Assembly: GCA_018267925.1 (NCBI GenBank) | Contig: JAFDXO010000171.1 | Location: 1,084 to 65,083 of the forward strand | Direction: 5' to 3' | DNA: 64,000 nucleotides | From: Bacteroidota bacterium | GTDB taxonomy: Bacteria; Bacteroidota; Bacteroidia; Chitinophagales; Chitinophagaceae | Shown: in pieces, positions 28,898 through 36,143 of the stretch | Layout: each line of letters opens with the position of its first letter | Numbering within the stretch: position 1 is the first letter of the stretch | The notes under the pieces: generated by a model | What the model was told of the DNA's origin: nothing | Seen by the model: the letters and a program-made list of their open reading frames with translations, nothing else | Database searches by the model: none | Translations under genes and position numbers: made by a program

Positions 28898-29819
28898 AAG
28901 ATCCTTTTTGAGATTAAGTGCAACTGGTGGAGCCTTGCTTTTAGGTGGAGCATTTCCCTTTGAAAGCCTTGCTGGTAGTGCCACACATAAGTTGACTATT
29001 TTACACACCAATGATGTGCATAGTAGATTAGACCCCTTTCCTTTAGATGGAAGCAAATATCAAGGCGAAGGCGGTGTGGCAGAACGTGCATCTTTGATAA
29101 ATAGTATTAGAAAGGAAACAGAACAACTGTTGTTGCTTGATGCCGGCGATATTTTTCAAGGGACTCCTTACTTCAATCTTTTCAAAGGCGAGCCGGAAAT
29201 GAAGGCGATGAGCCTGATGGGATATGATGCTGCCACGATGGGTAATCATGACTTTGATGCAGGAGTAGATGGCTTTGCCAAGCAATTAATCCACGCAAAT
29301 TTTCCTATTCTGATAGCTAACTATGACTTTGCTGCTACTGCCTTAGAAGGGAAAACACAACCCTATAAAACGTTTAAAAAGGGTGCTATTAAAGTGGGTG
29401 TCTTTGGGTTGGGTATCGAACTAAAAGGGTTAGTACCGGACGATGCCTTTGGAAAAACAGTTTATTTGGAACCCATTCAAATAGCAAATAGAACAGCTGA
29501 ACGACTAAAAAAAGAAGAAAAATGTGACTTCATTATTTGCCTTTCCCACCTCGGCTATCACTCAAACGGTAGAAAGGTAAATGATCTCATATTGGCAAAA
29601 GAATCAGAAAACATTGACTTGATCATTGGTGGTCATACGCATACTTTTTTAGATGAACCCACACTATTAAAAAATAAAAAACAAAAAGATATTATTGTCA
29701 ATCAAGTAGGTTGGGCAGGTGTTCGCTTAGGTAGATTAGATTTTGAATTTGATAGCAAAAAGAGTTCCAAACTTACCAATGCTCAATCTGTAATCGTTAG
29801 GAAACAAACAAGAGGTTAG
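28887..29819 (+). CDS. Tat-signal metallophosphoesterase (5'-nucleotidase N-terminal catalytic domain)
   Basis: A twin-arginine signal (NRRSFLRLSATGGA) is followed by HTNDVHS, DAGD, GNHDFD and GGHTH calcineurin-type motifs. It overlaps the upstream gene by 11 nt. Confidence 0.8.
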   Translation: MQNRRSFLRLSATGGALLLGGAFPFESLAGSATHKLTILHTNDVHSRLDPFPLDGSKYQGEGGVAERASLINSIRKETEQLLLLDAGDIFQGTPYFNLFKGEPEMKAMSLMGYDAATMGNHDFDAGVDGFAKQLIHANFPILIANYDFAATALEGKTQPYKTFKKGAIKVGVFGLGIELKGLVPDDAFGKTVYLEPIQIANRTAERLKKEEKCDFIICLSHLGYHSNGRKVNDLILAKESENIDLIIGGHTHTFLDEPTLLKNKKQKDIIVNQVGWAGVRLGRLDFEFDSKKSSKLTNAQSVIVRKQTRG

Positions 29820-30058
29820 GGATTTTTTTTTTCAACAGAATGTTGGCAATTTCGTTTCCCCGCCAAAGAAATATAACGGCGAAATTTTAAAAAGTATCAA
29901 TGCGGTCTTGCGTTGTATCTTAATTAGATTCCGAGTTGAGCATTAATTAATTAGAAAGGTTTTTTAAGAAATATTGAAAGCGGGGGCAAATTTGTTGCTG
30001 CAAAGGGAACATTTGCTTTAAAAATTAGTAATTTACAGGAATTCAGGTTAACAAAAAC

Positions 30059-31531
30059 ATGGACAAGCACCTCTATAATATTACATCTAAAAATGAAGCA
30101 GAAGCAGTATGGGCAAAATGTTTGAGTATCATAAAAGATAATCTGAACTGGAGAACCTATCAAACATGGTTTGAGCCAATTAAGGCTGCCGCCTTGTCAG
30201 GCACAGTTTTGACCTTGCAAGTTCCCAGTCAGTTTTTTTATGAATGGTTGGAAGAGCATTATGTAGAGTTGATGGGAAAAACCATAAAACGTGTTTTAGG
30301 CCGCGAAGGCCAGTTAGAATATCGTATTCTAATGGAAGGTGCTTCTACTCAACGAAACCCCGCTGCCATTAATATTCCGGCTAGCAACTATCATAAGCCA
30401 TCTAAAGATTCAAACTATGTGGACATGCCCCTAAAATGGGATGATCCGTCTAACATAAAAACACCCTATGCTATTCCCGGATTGAAGAGAATGCAGATAG
30501 ACCCTCAATTGAATGCTAACTATACGTTTGAAAACTATGTAGAGGGCGATTGCAATAGAGTAGCCCGTTCTGCTGGATTACATGTAGCACAAAAGCCGGG
30601 TGCTACTTCATTTAACCCACTGGTAATCTTTGGTGGAGTTGGCTGGGGAAAAACTCATTTGGCACAAGCAATAGGAAATGAAGTTCGCAGATTGCATCCG
30701 AATAAAGCAGTACTTTATGTGAGTGCCGATAAATTTATCAACCAATTTATTGACCATTCCAAAAACAATGAAGTAAATGATTTCATTCACTTCTATCAAC
30801 TCATTGATGTGCTGATTTTGGACGATATTCATTTGTTTGTACCAGCAGCTAAATCTCAAGATGTGTTTTTTGCCATTTTCAATCATTTGCACCAAAGTGG
30901 TAAACAAATTATCCTCACAAGCGATACACCTCCCAAAGATATGGAAGGTATTCAGGAACGCCTGCTGAGCCGCTTTCGCTGGGGACTCAATGCCGATATT
31001 CAAGCTCCGGGCTTTGAAACCAGACAAGAAATTCTACGTCAAAGAATGAGACGGGAAGGATTAGAATTGCCTGATGATGTAGTGAAATATATTGCCTACA
31101 ATGTGCAATCCAATGTGCGTGAACTGGAAGGCGCATTGATAGCTTTATTTGCTCAATCTACACTAAACAGAAAAGAAGTTGATCTGGATTTGGCAAAACG
31201 AGTAATGAAGAATTTTGTAAAAACTGCCGCCAGAGAATTAACCATAGAAAATATTCAAAAATTGGTGTGTGAATACTTTCATATTCCCTATGACAGATTG
31301 TTAGCAAAAACTCGAAAACGAGAAGTAGTACAAGCACGTCAAATCACCATGTTTTTAGCAAAAAAATTTACAAAAAGTTCTCTCAAAAATATAGGAGAGC
31401 ATTTTGGTGGTTTCGATCACACAACGGTTATCCACTCTTGCCAAACGGTTGAAAATCTCATGCACACTGATGGCGAATACAAAGAAAACCTTTTAGAATT
31501 GCAGCAAAAGGTGCAACTAGCAAGTATTTAA
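30059..31531 (+). CDS. dnaA: chromosomal replication initiator protein DnaA
   Basis: AAA+ Walker A GGVGWGKTHL, LILDDIH, sensor motifs, and a C-terminal DnaA-box-binding domain (VVQARQITMFLAKK...GG.DHTTVIH). Confidence 0.97.
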   Translation: MDKHLYNITSKNEAEAVWAKCLSIIKDNLNWRTYQTWFEPIKAAALSGTVLTLQVPSQFFYEWLEEHYVELMGKTIKRVLGREGQLEYRILMEGASTQRNPAAINIPASNYHKPSKDSNYVDMPLKWDDPSNIKTPYAIPGLKRMQIDPQLNANYTFENYVEGDCNRVARSAGLHVAQKPGATSFNPLVIFGGVGWGKTHLAQAIGNEVRRLHPNKAVLYVSADKFINQFIDHSKNNEVNDFIHFYQLIDVLILDDIHLFVPAAKSQDVFFAIFNHLHQSGKQIILTSDTPPKDMEGIQERLLSRFRWGLNADIQAPGFETRQEILRQRMRREGLELPDDVVKYIAYNVQSNVRELEGALIALFAQSTLNRKEVDLDLAKRVMKNFVKTAARELTIENIQKLVCEYFHIPYDRLLAKTRKREVVQARQITMFLAKKFTKSSLKNIGEHFGGFDHTTVIHSCQTVENLMHTDGEYKENLLELQQKVQLASI

Positions 31532-31573
31532 GCAGGAAATGCAAAATTTATTTTGAAAAATCGGAAGGACAAC

Positions 31574-31581
31574 TATCTTTG
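31574..31581 (+). promoter_or_regulatory. candidate -7 promoter box (TATCTTTG) upstream of the tRNA-Ser/tRNA-Pro pair
   Basis: Exact TAnnTTTG match about 75 nt upstream of the tRNA-Ser 5' end. Confidence 0.3.
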
Positions 31582-31656
31582 CAGTCCCTTAGAAAAAAAG
31601 GGAAAGTAAAAGTTCTTAAACAGAATAGCTGCCATACCGCCGGCAGCATTCAGACT

Positions 31657-31745
31657 GGTGAGGTGGGTGAGTGGCTGAAACCAATAGTTTGCTAAACTGT
31701 CGTACGGGTTAAACTGTACCGGGGGTTCGAATCCCCCCCTCACCG
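31657..31745 (+). tRNA. tRNA-Ser (anticodon GCU), class II with long variable arm
   Basis: I folded it by hand. Acceptor ggtgagg/cctcacc, anticodon stem atagt/actgt with loop ttGCTaa, variable arm with gtac/gtac stem, T-arm ggggg-ttcgaat-ccccc. CCA is not encoded. Confidence 0.9.
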
Positions 31746-31758
31746 CTGGTTTTTTTTT

Positions 31759-31832
31759 CGGGAAGTAGCGCAGGCCGGTAGCGCATCTGGTTTGGGACCA
31801 GGGGGTCGCAGGTTCGAATCCTGTCTTCCCGA
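31759..31832 (+). tRNA. tRNA-Pro (anticodon UGG)
   Basis: I folded it by hand. Acceptor cgggaag/cttcccg, D-arm gcgc/gcgc, anticodon stem tctgg/ccagg with loop ttTGGga, T-arm gcagg-ttcgaat-cctgt. CCA is not encoded. Confidence 0.9.
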
Positions 31833-31887
31833 CACACAAAAGCCGCAAATGCTTTATTATCAGCATTTTGCGGCTTTTCTATTTTTA
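31821..31887 (+). repeat. left attachment-site repeat (attL): last 12 nt of tRNA-Pro plus its terminator hairpin
   Basis: This 67-bp stretch recurs at 38602-38669 and is identical except for one extra T in the right copy. Confidence 0.85.
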
Positions 31888-31995
31888 TTTGTTGTCGGTT
31901 TGGTTGTCAATAAATCTCTAAAACTCCCTTTTCGACCTCTTATTTGCCTTTTATCTTATCCGTTTTGTTGCCATTACCGGAAACAAAAAACGGTT

Positions 31996-32034
31996 AAAAA
32001 AATCCGCCTTAACAATCTATGACTATTAAGGCGG
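31996..32034 (-). terminator. rho-independent terminator after the small-ORF pair at the element's left end
   Basis: ccgccttaa / ttaaggcgg forms a 9-bp stem (32004-32012 / 32026-32034), followed on the minus strand by a T-run (plus-strand A-run 31996-32002). Confidence 0.5.
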
Positions 32035-32090
32035 TGTGCAAGGTGCAATACCCAGCGTTGCAAATGTACTATACTTGTATTTAACGTTCG

Positions 32091-32312
32091 TTACTTCAAA
32101 TCGCTTATATCAATCAATGTTTTTTGCAGAAAATCAAAGACGGTGAAATAAGTTGTACGCCCGTTATTTTTCCAATATGCCTCTAAAAATTCCGCATCTG
32201 TTTGTTGTTTCAGCAATTCCAAAATATCCCATTGCAGATTATACAAGTCGTTATAATCAGTACCAACCCATTCAAACACCAACTTGTTTTCTTTTTCATT
32301 GTGCTGTATCAT
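32091..32312 (-). CDS. small acidic hypothetical protein (73 aa), element cargo
   Basis: The ORF shares a TAATG overlap with the upstream 88-aa ORF, and a terminator lies downstream. I see no recognisable motif. By my count it has about 13 acidic and 7 basic residues. Confidence 0.45.
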   Translation of the reverse strand: MIQHNEKENKLVFEWVGTDYNDLYNLQWDILELLKQQTDAEFLEAYWKNNGRTTYFTVFDFLQKTLIDISDLK

Positions 32313-32578
32313 TACATACCTCCCGTGTTTTGATTGTTTAATAATGCCTGAAACATAACCTTTGCATCGTCAATGGTAGGCAGCATTTCAGAAAGTAGCT
32401 GTAATGTGTAGTAGTTGGGTTCGCCCGTTGCATCTTCGCTTAGTTTGGTTGCCTGTATTGTAGATACAAGCCCTTGCAGCGTTTGCGTGTAGTCATTTGC
32501 CAGCCTAATAGCTGTTTTTTCTTCTGTGTAGGTGGGAAATTCTATTGCCCAACCTTTCGGCGTTACAATAATTGCCAT
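32312..32578 (-). CDS. small acidic hypothetical protein (88 aa), element cargo
   Basis: The ORF is preceded by its own leader and follows an upstream terminator. It is coupled to the 73-aa ORF and has no recognisable motif. Confidence 0.5.
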   Translation of the reverse strand: MAIIVTPKGWAIEFPTYTEEKTAIRLANDYTQTLQGLVSTIQATKLSEDATGEPNYYTLQLLSEMLPTIDDAKVMFQALLNNQNTGGM

Positions 32579-32581
32579 AAC

Positions 32582-32597
32582 GTATTAGATTTAGGAA
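32582..32597 (-). repeat. 16-bp direct repeat copy 1 (gtattagatttaggaa), 3 nt upstream of the 88-aa ORF start
   Basis: An exact 16-mer also occurs at 32717-32732, 135 bp away. Confidence 0.6.
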
Positions 32598-32716
32598 TTG
32601 AAAAACCCGTGTTTTAGGTGTCCTGCGTTCTAATACAAACGCCGTTGCCTTTCGGACTAACGCACCATCACACGGGCTTTTCAGTTGATAAACTGAATGA
32701 TTGTTTAACATTATGG

Positions 32717-32732
32717 GTATTAGATTTAGGAA
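32717..32732 (-). repeat. 16-bp direct repeat copy 2 (gtattagatttaggaa)
   Basis: Exact duplicate of 32582-32597, lying just downstream (minus sense) of the terminator at 32758-32794. Confidence 0.6.
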
Positions 32733-32757
32733 AGCCAAAGGTAGGCATTGAGCCATT

Positions 32758-32794
32758 AAAAAAGCAAAGGCGAAAACCTTTGCAAGTTTTCGCC
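32758..32794 (-). terminator. rho-independent terminator after the 107-aa HTH gene
   Basis: ggcgaaaac / gttttcgcc forms a 9-bp stem (32769-32777 / 32786-32794) with an 8-nt loop. On the minus strand it is followed by TTTGCTTTTTT. Confidence 0.55.
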
Positions 32795-32836
32795 CTCTAT
32801 GGTTGCGGGTTGATGTAATCGCCCCGCGTGTATATA

Positions 32837-33160
32837 CTATCCTTTCACGGCGGCATTATCATTTTCCCTTAGCTCCCGAATGTAGTAATAAACCATGCTC
32901 CGGCTTTTGCGTAGTGCCTTTGCTATGGCTGTATAACTCAATCCCTTTTGGTACAAGTTATAAGCCCGTTGCTTCAACGGCGTAGGCGCGGCGTTTTCGG
33001 CAAACTTGTATTGTGCTATCCAGCGTTGCACCGTTCGCGGGTTTGTATCTATCAGTTTGCCTATTTCCTTTGCGTTTAAGCCCCGCAAATGATATTGATA
33101 AGCCCTGCCTACCAATTCGGGCATTTTGTCGCTAATAGCGTGTTTTGTGTCGTTTTTCAT
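32837..33160 (-). CDS. protein made of two tandem HTH modules
   Basis: Residues ~15-51 and ~62-97 share one pattern: A..L...G.....I...L......V..YI. Copy 1 ends PRTVQRWIAQY and copy 2 ends RSMVYYYIREL. Confidence 0.65.
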   Translation of the reverse strand: MKNDTKHAISDKMPELVGRAYQYHLRGLNAKEIGKLIDTNPRTVQRWIAQYKFAENAAPTPLKQRAYNLYQKGLSYTAIAKALRKSRSMVYYYIRELRENDNAAVKG

Positions 33161-33402
33161 TTTAATTTACGTTTAGTTATGGTTAATTAAAGTTTTTCGT
33201 GTCGCTATTTTTCGCGACAAATTGCCGCTTTTATTGAACTCATTTTGAGATACGCCCCCACTGTCAAAATCTGACGGTTAAACCCTTTGCCTTTACGGTT
33301 TTCATGGTTTTTAGGCACTCAAAAGCCCTGTTTTATAGCATTTTTCAGTAGTTTTTTTATCCTTTGGCGGCTGCATTGATACGGGTATTGATACACGGAC
33401 TT

Positions 33403-33921
33403 TTAACCGTTATTTTTCTTTAATCGCAAGCCCCGAAAGGGTTGTTTTTCTTTAATTCCGGTTGAATTGATATGCGGTTGATACGTTTTTTTTGCTTCAA
33501 AGTCTTTGATGTATCGTTGTACGGTGTATTTGGCACAACCCAGCAAGTCCGCTATTTCCTGAATATCAAATTTGCTGCCTGTATGCAGTCGCTCAATGAT
33601 AGCCCGTTTCTTAGTCATTGAGTAGCTGCCAGCTTCACGCACCCAGCGCGTTACCGTTCTTTCTTTCACTCCCAACATCAGGGCAATGGCTGTACCCGTG
33701 TACCGTCCCGAATTATGCAAACTCAACGCCTTTTCATGTAGCTGTTTTTTTTCGCGTTTTTTGTTGTGATTGGGAAAAGCTACTTTGAGCCAATACATAA
33801 CATTGGCGCGGCTTGCGCCTGTCTGTCTTGCAATTTGATGTTTGTTGGTAATGCCATTGCCAAACATTTCTATTGCTTGCGCCCGTTGTTGGGCTAACAA
33901 CATTTTCTTTGCTGTTTTCAT
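33403..33921 (-). CDS. protein made of three tandem HTH modules
   Basis: Three ~37-aa copies of the same module end in SRANVMYWLK, ERTVTRWVRE and KYTVQRYIKD. The ATG overlaps the Rep stop (ATGA). Confidence 0.65.
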   Translation of the reverse strand: MKTAKKMLLAQQRAQAIEMFGNGITNKHQIARQTGASRANVMYWLKVAFPNHNKKREKKQLHEKALSLHNSGRYTGTAIALMLGVKERTVTRWVREAGSYSMTKKRAIIERLHTGSKFDIQEIADLLGCAKYTVQRYIKDFEAKKTYQPHINSTGIKEKQPFRGLRLKKNNG

Positions 33922-35360
33922 TTTTCAACTTTGGTTTTATTGTTGGTGAATAATTGTAGATAATCCCGCGCCGCTTGCCCTGTAAGGGTTTCCGGCGGTT
34001 CGCTGCGTACCGTTGGTAATAGGTCTATGCGTTCTATTTTATCCAGCCAATCGCGGGTAATGTGTAGCTCCGAAACATGGAGCGTATCGGTATAGGTATT
34101 ACCGCTTGCATCTTTGGCGCGGTATGTAACGGCTATAAATTCATGTTCATTTTTCATTGCTTTGTTTATTTTAATTTTTAAATCCCGTCTGTGATTGCTG
34201 CCAGCGTTGCGGCATTTCTTACCCGCCTTTCCGTTTATGGCTTCGCTGCAATACCTACTTTGCGGGCGTTGGTGGTTTATGTTTTTTCCACACGAAAGAC
34301 AGCAACGCGGCGGCGGCATTTGTGCATTTTTTGCACCATTTATATTATTTATTTTTCTACTAAAAAAAGTTGCATTTTGATAGGGTGTTTTTGGAGTGTC
34401 TTTGTGGGACGTTTGCCCTGTACATTCAAGCAGTGCAAACGTCCCAATTTTTACCGCTTCATTTTCTTTTTTGGGGCGGTGCAAACGTCCTATAAATTCC
34501 GCTTCAAAAAGGGCGTTCCATGTACCGGAAATATAAGTTTCCAACTCCGGTATATTTCCGTAATGGCTAAGTAATTCGTTCCACTTTTTGAGGTGGTAAT
34601 ATCTTTTCTTTCGGTTGATGTTTACCCAGCTTCGCGGGTTGTTGTAGTACAACCATTGTTTTTGTTCGCGGTCGGTCAATCGGTCAAGATTAACGGTGGT
34701 GTCCGTCCACACAATATTTTTTACCGCGTTCAACAAAACGGCTTTTAGTGGATATACTTTTTCAGGGTTTTGTAAATCTGCCATTGTTTTAATACCGTAT
34801 TGCTCTAAGGCTTGCATCTTGTTTACCGATACTTCAAAGCGTAGCATATTACCTACGTCAACACCGCTTTGTTTGGCTTTGTCGTACACCTTTACGCTAT
34901 ACCTGTCAAGGCACACGCCTACGCCGTTTCGCAATAGACGTTTGTTTATAGGCTCAAACGTCTTACCGCCGAATGAAACAATATTTTTCAGTAGCCGGAT
35001 AGGCGGATAAGGCAAGGGAATATTTACGCCTATTTCCAACCCGTGTATTTCGCACTCCTTAGCATCAATGCCGAATGTGTCCACAATGCCGGATATGGTG
35101 TTTTGCAGGGCTGCCATAGTGTAAGTGTCTGCATTATGCAGCCCGTAATTATTGTACTTGTGCAAGCTGCCAGCAAGGTTAAAAGCATAGCCGCCGCCGC
35201 GTGTGGGTTTAAGGTCAAAACGTAAGTTTCTAATTTCGGCGTGTCGGTTATCATTCACGCGCTTACCTGTGCTTTCGTTCACGGTTATTTCCCAGCAAGG
35301 CAAGGCGGGCAAATGACTATTTGCCGTGCCTATGTACGTTGCTTTTATACCGTCTATCAT
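33918..35360 (-). CDS. putative rolling-circle replication initiator (gene II/X- or Rep_trans-like) with C-terminal Cys-rich zinc-ribbon-like region
   Basis: MIDGIKATY..., then LAGSLHKYNNYGLHNADTY (compare GNP.KF.QGHN.FG in phage gene II proteins), then YSVKVYDKAKQ...MLRFEVSV (compare the YDK/R.E motif of Rep_trans). The C-terminus carries CCLSCG...YCSE...KCRN. This is a by-eye assignment only. Confidence 0.5.
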   Translation of the reverse strand: MIDGIKATYIGTANSHLPALPCWEITVNESTGKRVNDNRHAEIRNLRFDLKPTRGGGYAFNLAGSLHKYNNYGLHNADTYTMAALQNTISGIVDTFGIDAKECEIHGLEIGVNIPLPYPPIRLLKNIVSFGGKTFEPINKRLLRNGVGVCLDRYSVKVYDKAKQSGVDVGNMLRFEVSVNKMQALEQYGIKTMADLQNPEKVYPLKAVLLNAVKNIVWTDTTVNLDRLTDREQKQWLYYNNPRSWVNINRKKRYYHLKKWNELLSHYGNIPELETYISGTWNALFEAEFIGRLHRPKKENEAVKIGTFALLECTGQTSHKDTPKTPYQNATFFSRKINNINGAKNAQMPPPRCCLSCGKNINHQRPQSRYCSEAINGKAGKKCRNAGSNHRRDLKIKINKAMKNEHEFIAVTYRAKDASGNTYTDTLHVSELHITRDWLDKIERIDLLPTVRSEPPETLTGQAARDYLQLFTNNKTKVEK

Positions 35361-35369
35361 TGCCGCCCG

Positions 35370-35717
35370 TTATGCTTCGCCCTGTATTGTGAACGCCGTA
35401 AGCGTAAGCGTGTACAGTTTTTGCAAGGTTTCTAAAGCAATTCCCAAAAGTTCCGACACGGTACTATATACCATTTCCGGCGCGTGTTGTAGTTGCTCCA
35501 ATTCTAACAACATGGCAACGGTGGCGGCGGCATTATCCGGCACGGCTGTTAGCTCCGGCATTGGTAGTTGCAGATATTCCGTTACCTCTCTCATGGTTTC
35601 GGCAAGGGCGGCGCGTTTGGTTTCCGGCGTTGGTTTGTGTGTTGTCTGCATCAATGGAGCAAAGGCATCAAAAGCCGCTTTGATAGCTCCAATTTTCGCC
35701 GTTAATAGCTTATTCAT
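35370..35717 (-). CDS. hypothetical protein (115 aa), Ala/Leu-rich helical
   Basis: The ATG at 35717 overlaps the Xis-like stop (ATGA). It sits in the xis-rep operon and has no recognisable motif. Confidence 0.5.
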   Translation of the reverse strand: MNKLLTAKIGAIKAAFDAFAPLMQTTHKPTPETKRAALAETMREVTEYLQLPMPELTAVPDNAAATVAMLLELEQLQHAPEMVYSTVSELLGIALETLQKLYTLTLTAFTIQGEA

Positions 35718-36013
35718 GCTAAACGCTCCCTTTTGCTGCATTGCGCTTTGGCGGCGGCTTTTACTTCGCTCAATAGAAAACGGGTTTTGTTTGCAATCTT
35801 GTAAGGTTTCAAGATACCCGCGTTAATCCACGCATGAACGGTAGGCAAGGATATTTTAAACATATCCGCTACGTCTTGCCTTGTAATGTAATCTTCCGGC
35901 TCTTTTGGTTGGGCAGTCTTGCTAATTACGTCAAGCCGTTTGTTTATGGCTTCAAATTGCTGTAAAAGTATTGAACTGTCTATTTGTTCAATTTGGATTA
36001 GTTGCTTTTGCAT
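35714..36013 (-). CDS. excisionase-type (MerR/HTH_17-like) DNA-binding protein
   Basis: ITRQDVADMFKISLPTVHAWINAGILKPYKIANKTRFLLSEV is the classic Xis/AlpA-type HTH. The first ATG is at 36013. Confidence 0.7.
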   Translation of the reverse strand: MQKQLIQIEQIDSSILLQQFEAINKRLDVISKTAQPKEPEDYITRQDVADMFKISLPTVHAWINAGILKPYKIANKTRFLLSEVKAAAKAQCSKRERLA

Positions 36014-36062
36014 AGCATAAAGTATTTTATGCCGCAAAGCTGAATTTACTTGTAAAGAAAAG

Positions 36063-36089
36063 CCCGTAAGTTACGGCGTAACATACGGG
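36063..36089. promoter_or_regulatory. 27-bp near-perfect palindrome between the RteC-like gene and the xis-like gene (terminator and/or operator)
   Basis: cccgtaagttacg-g-cgtaacatacggg pairs at 12 of 13 positions. It is flanked by A-runs and T-runs on both sides. Confidence 0.5.
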
Positions 36090-36143
36090 CAAAACGTAAG
36101 CGGTGTAATGGTTTGAGCCATAAATATATTTTTCTGCTATGGC

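Noticed and set aside
31573-31866. 97-aa minus-strand ORF and 76-aa plus-strand ORF spanning the tRNA-Ser/tRNA-Pro region
   Set aside because: The sequence folds into two canonical tRNAs, and the ORFs simply read through them.
32505-32756. 83-aa minus-strand ORF in the element overlapping the 88-aa ORF start
   Set aside because: It runs through the 16-mer repeats and the 71-nt hairpin, and it overlaps the better-supported 88-aa ORF out of frame. The region is more plausibly a leader or regulatory region.
35326-35826. 166-aa plus-strand ORF inside the element
   Set aside because: It is antisense to the tightly coupled xis / 115-aa / rep genes. It is Ala/Ser/Cys-rich, as expected for the complement of GC-rich coding sequence.
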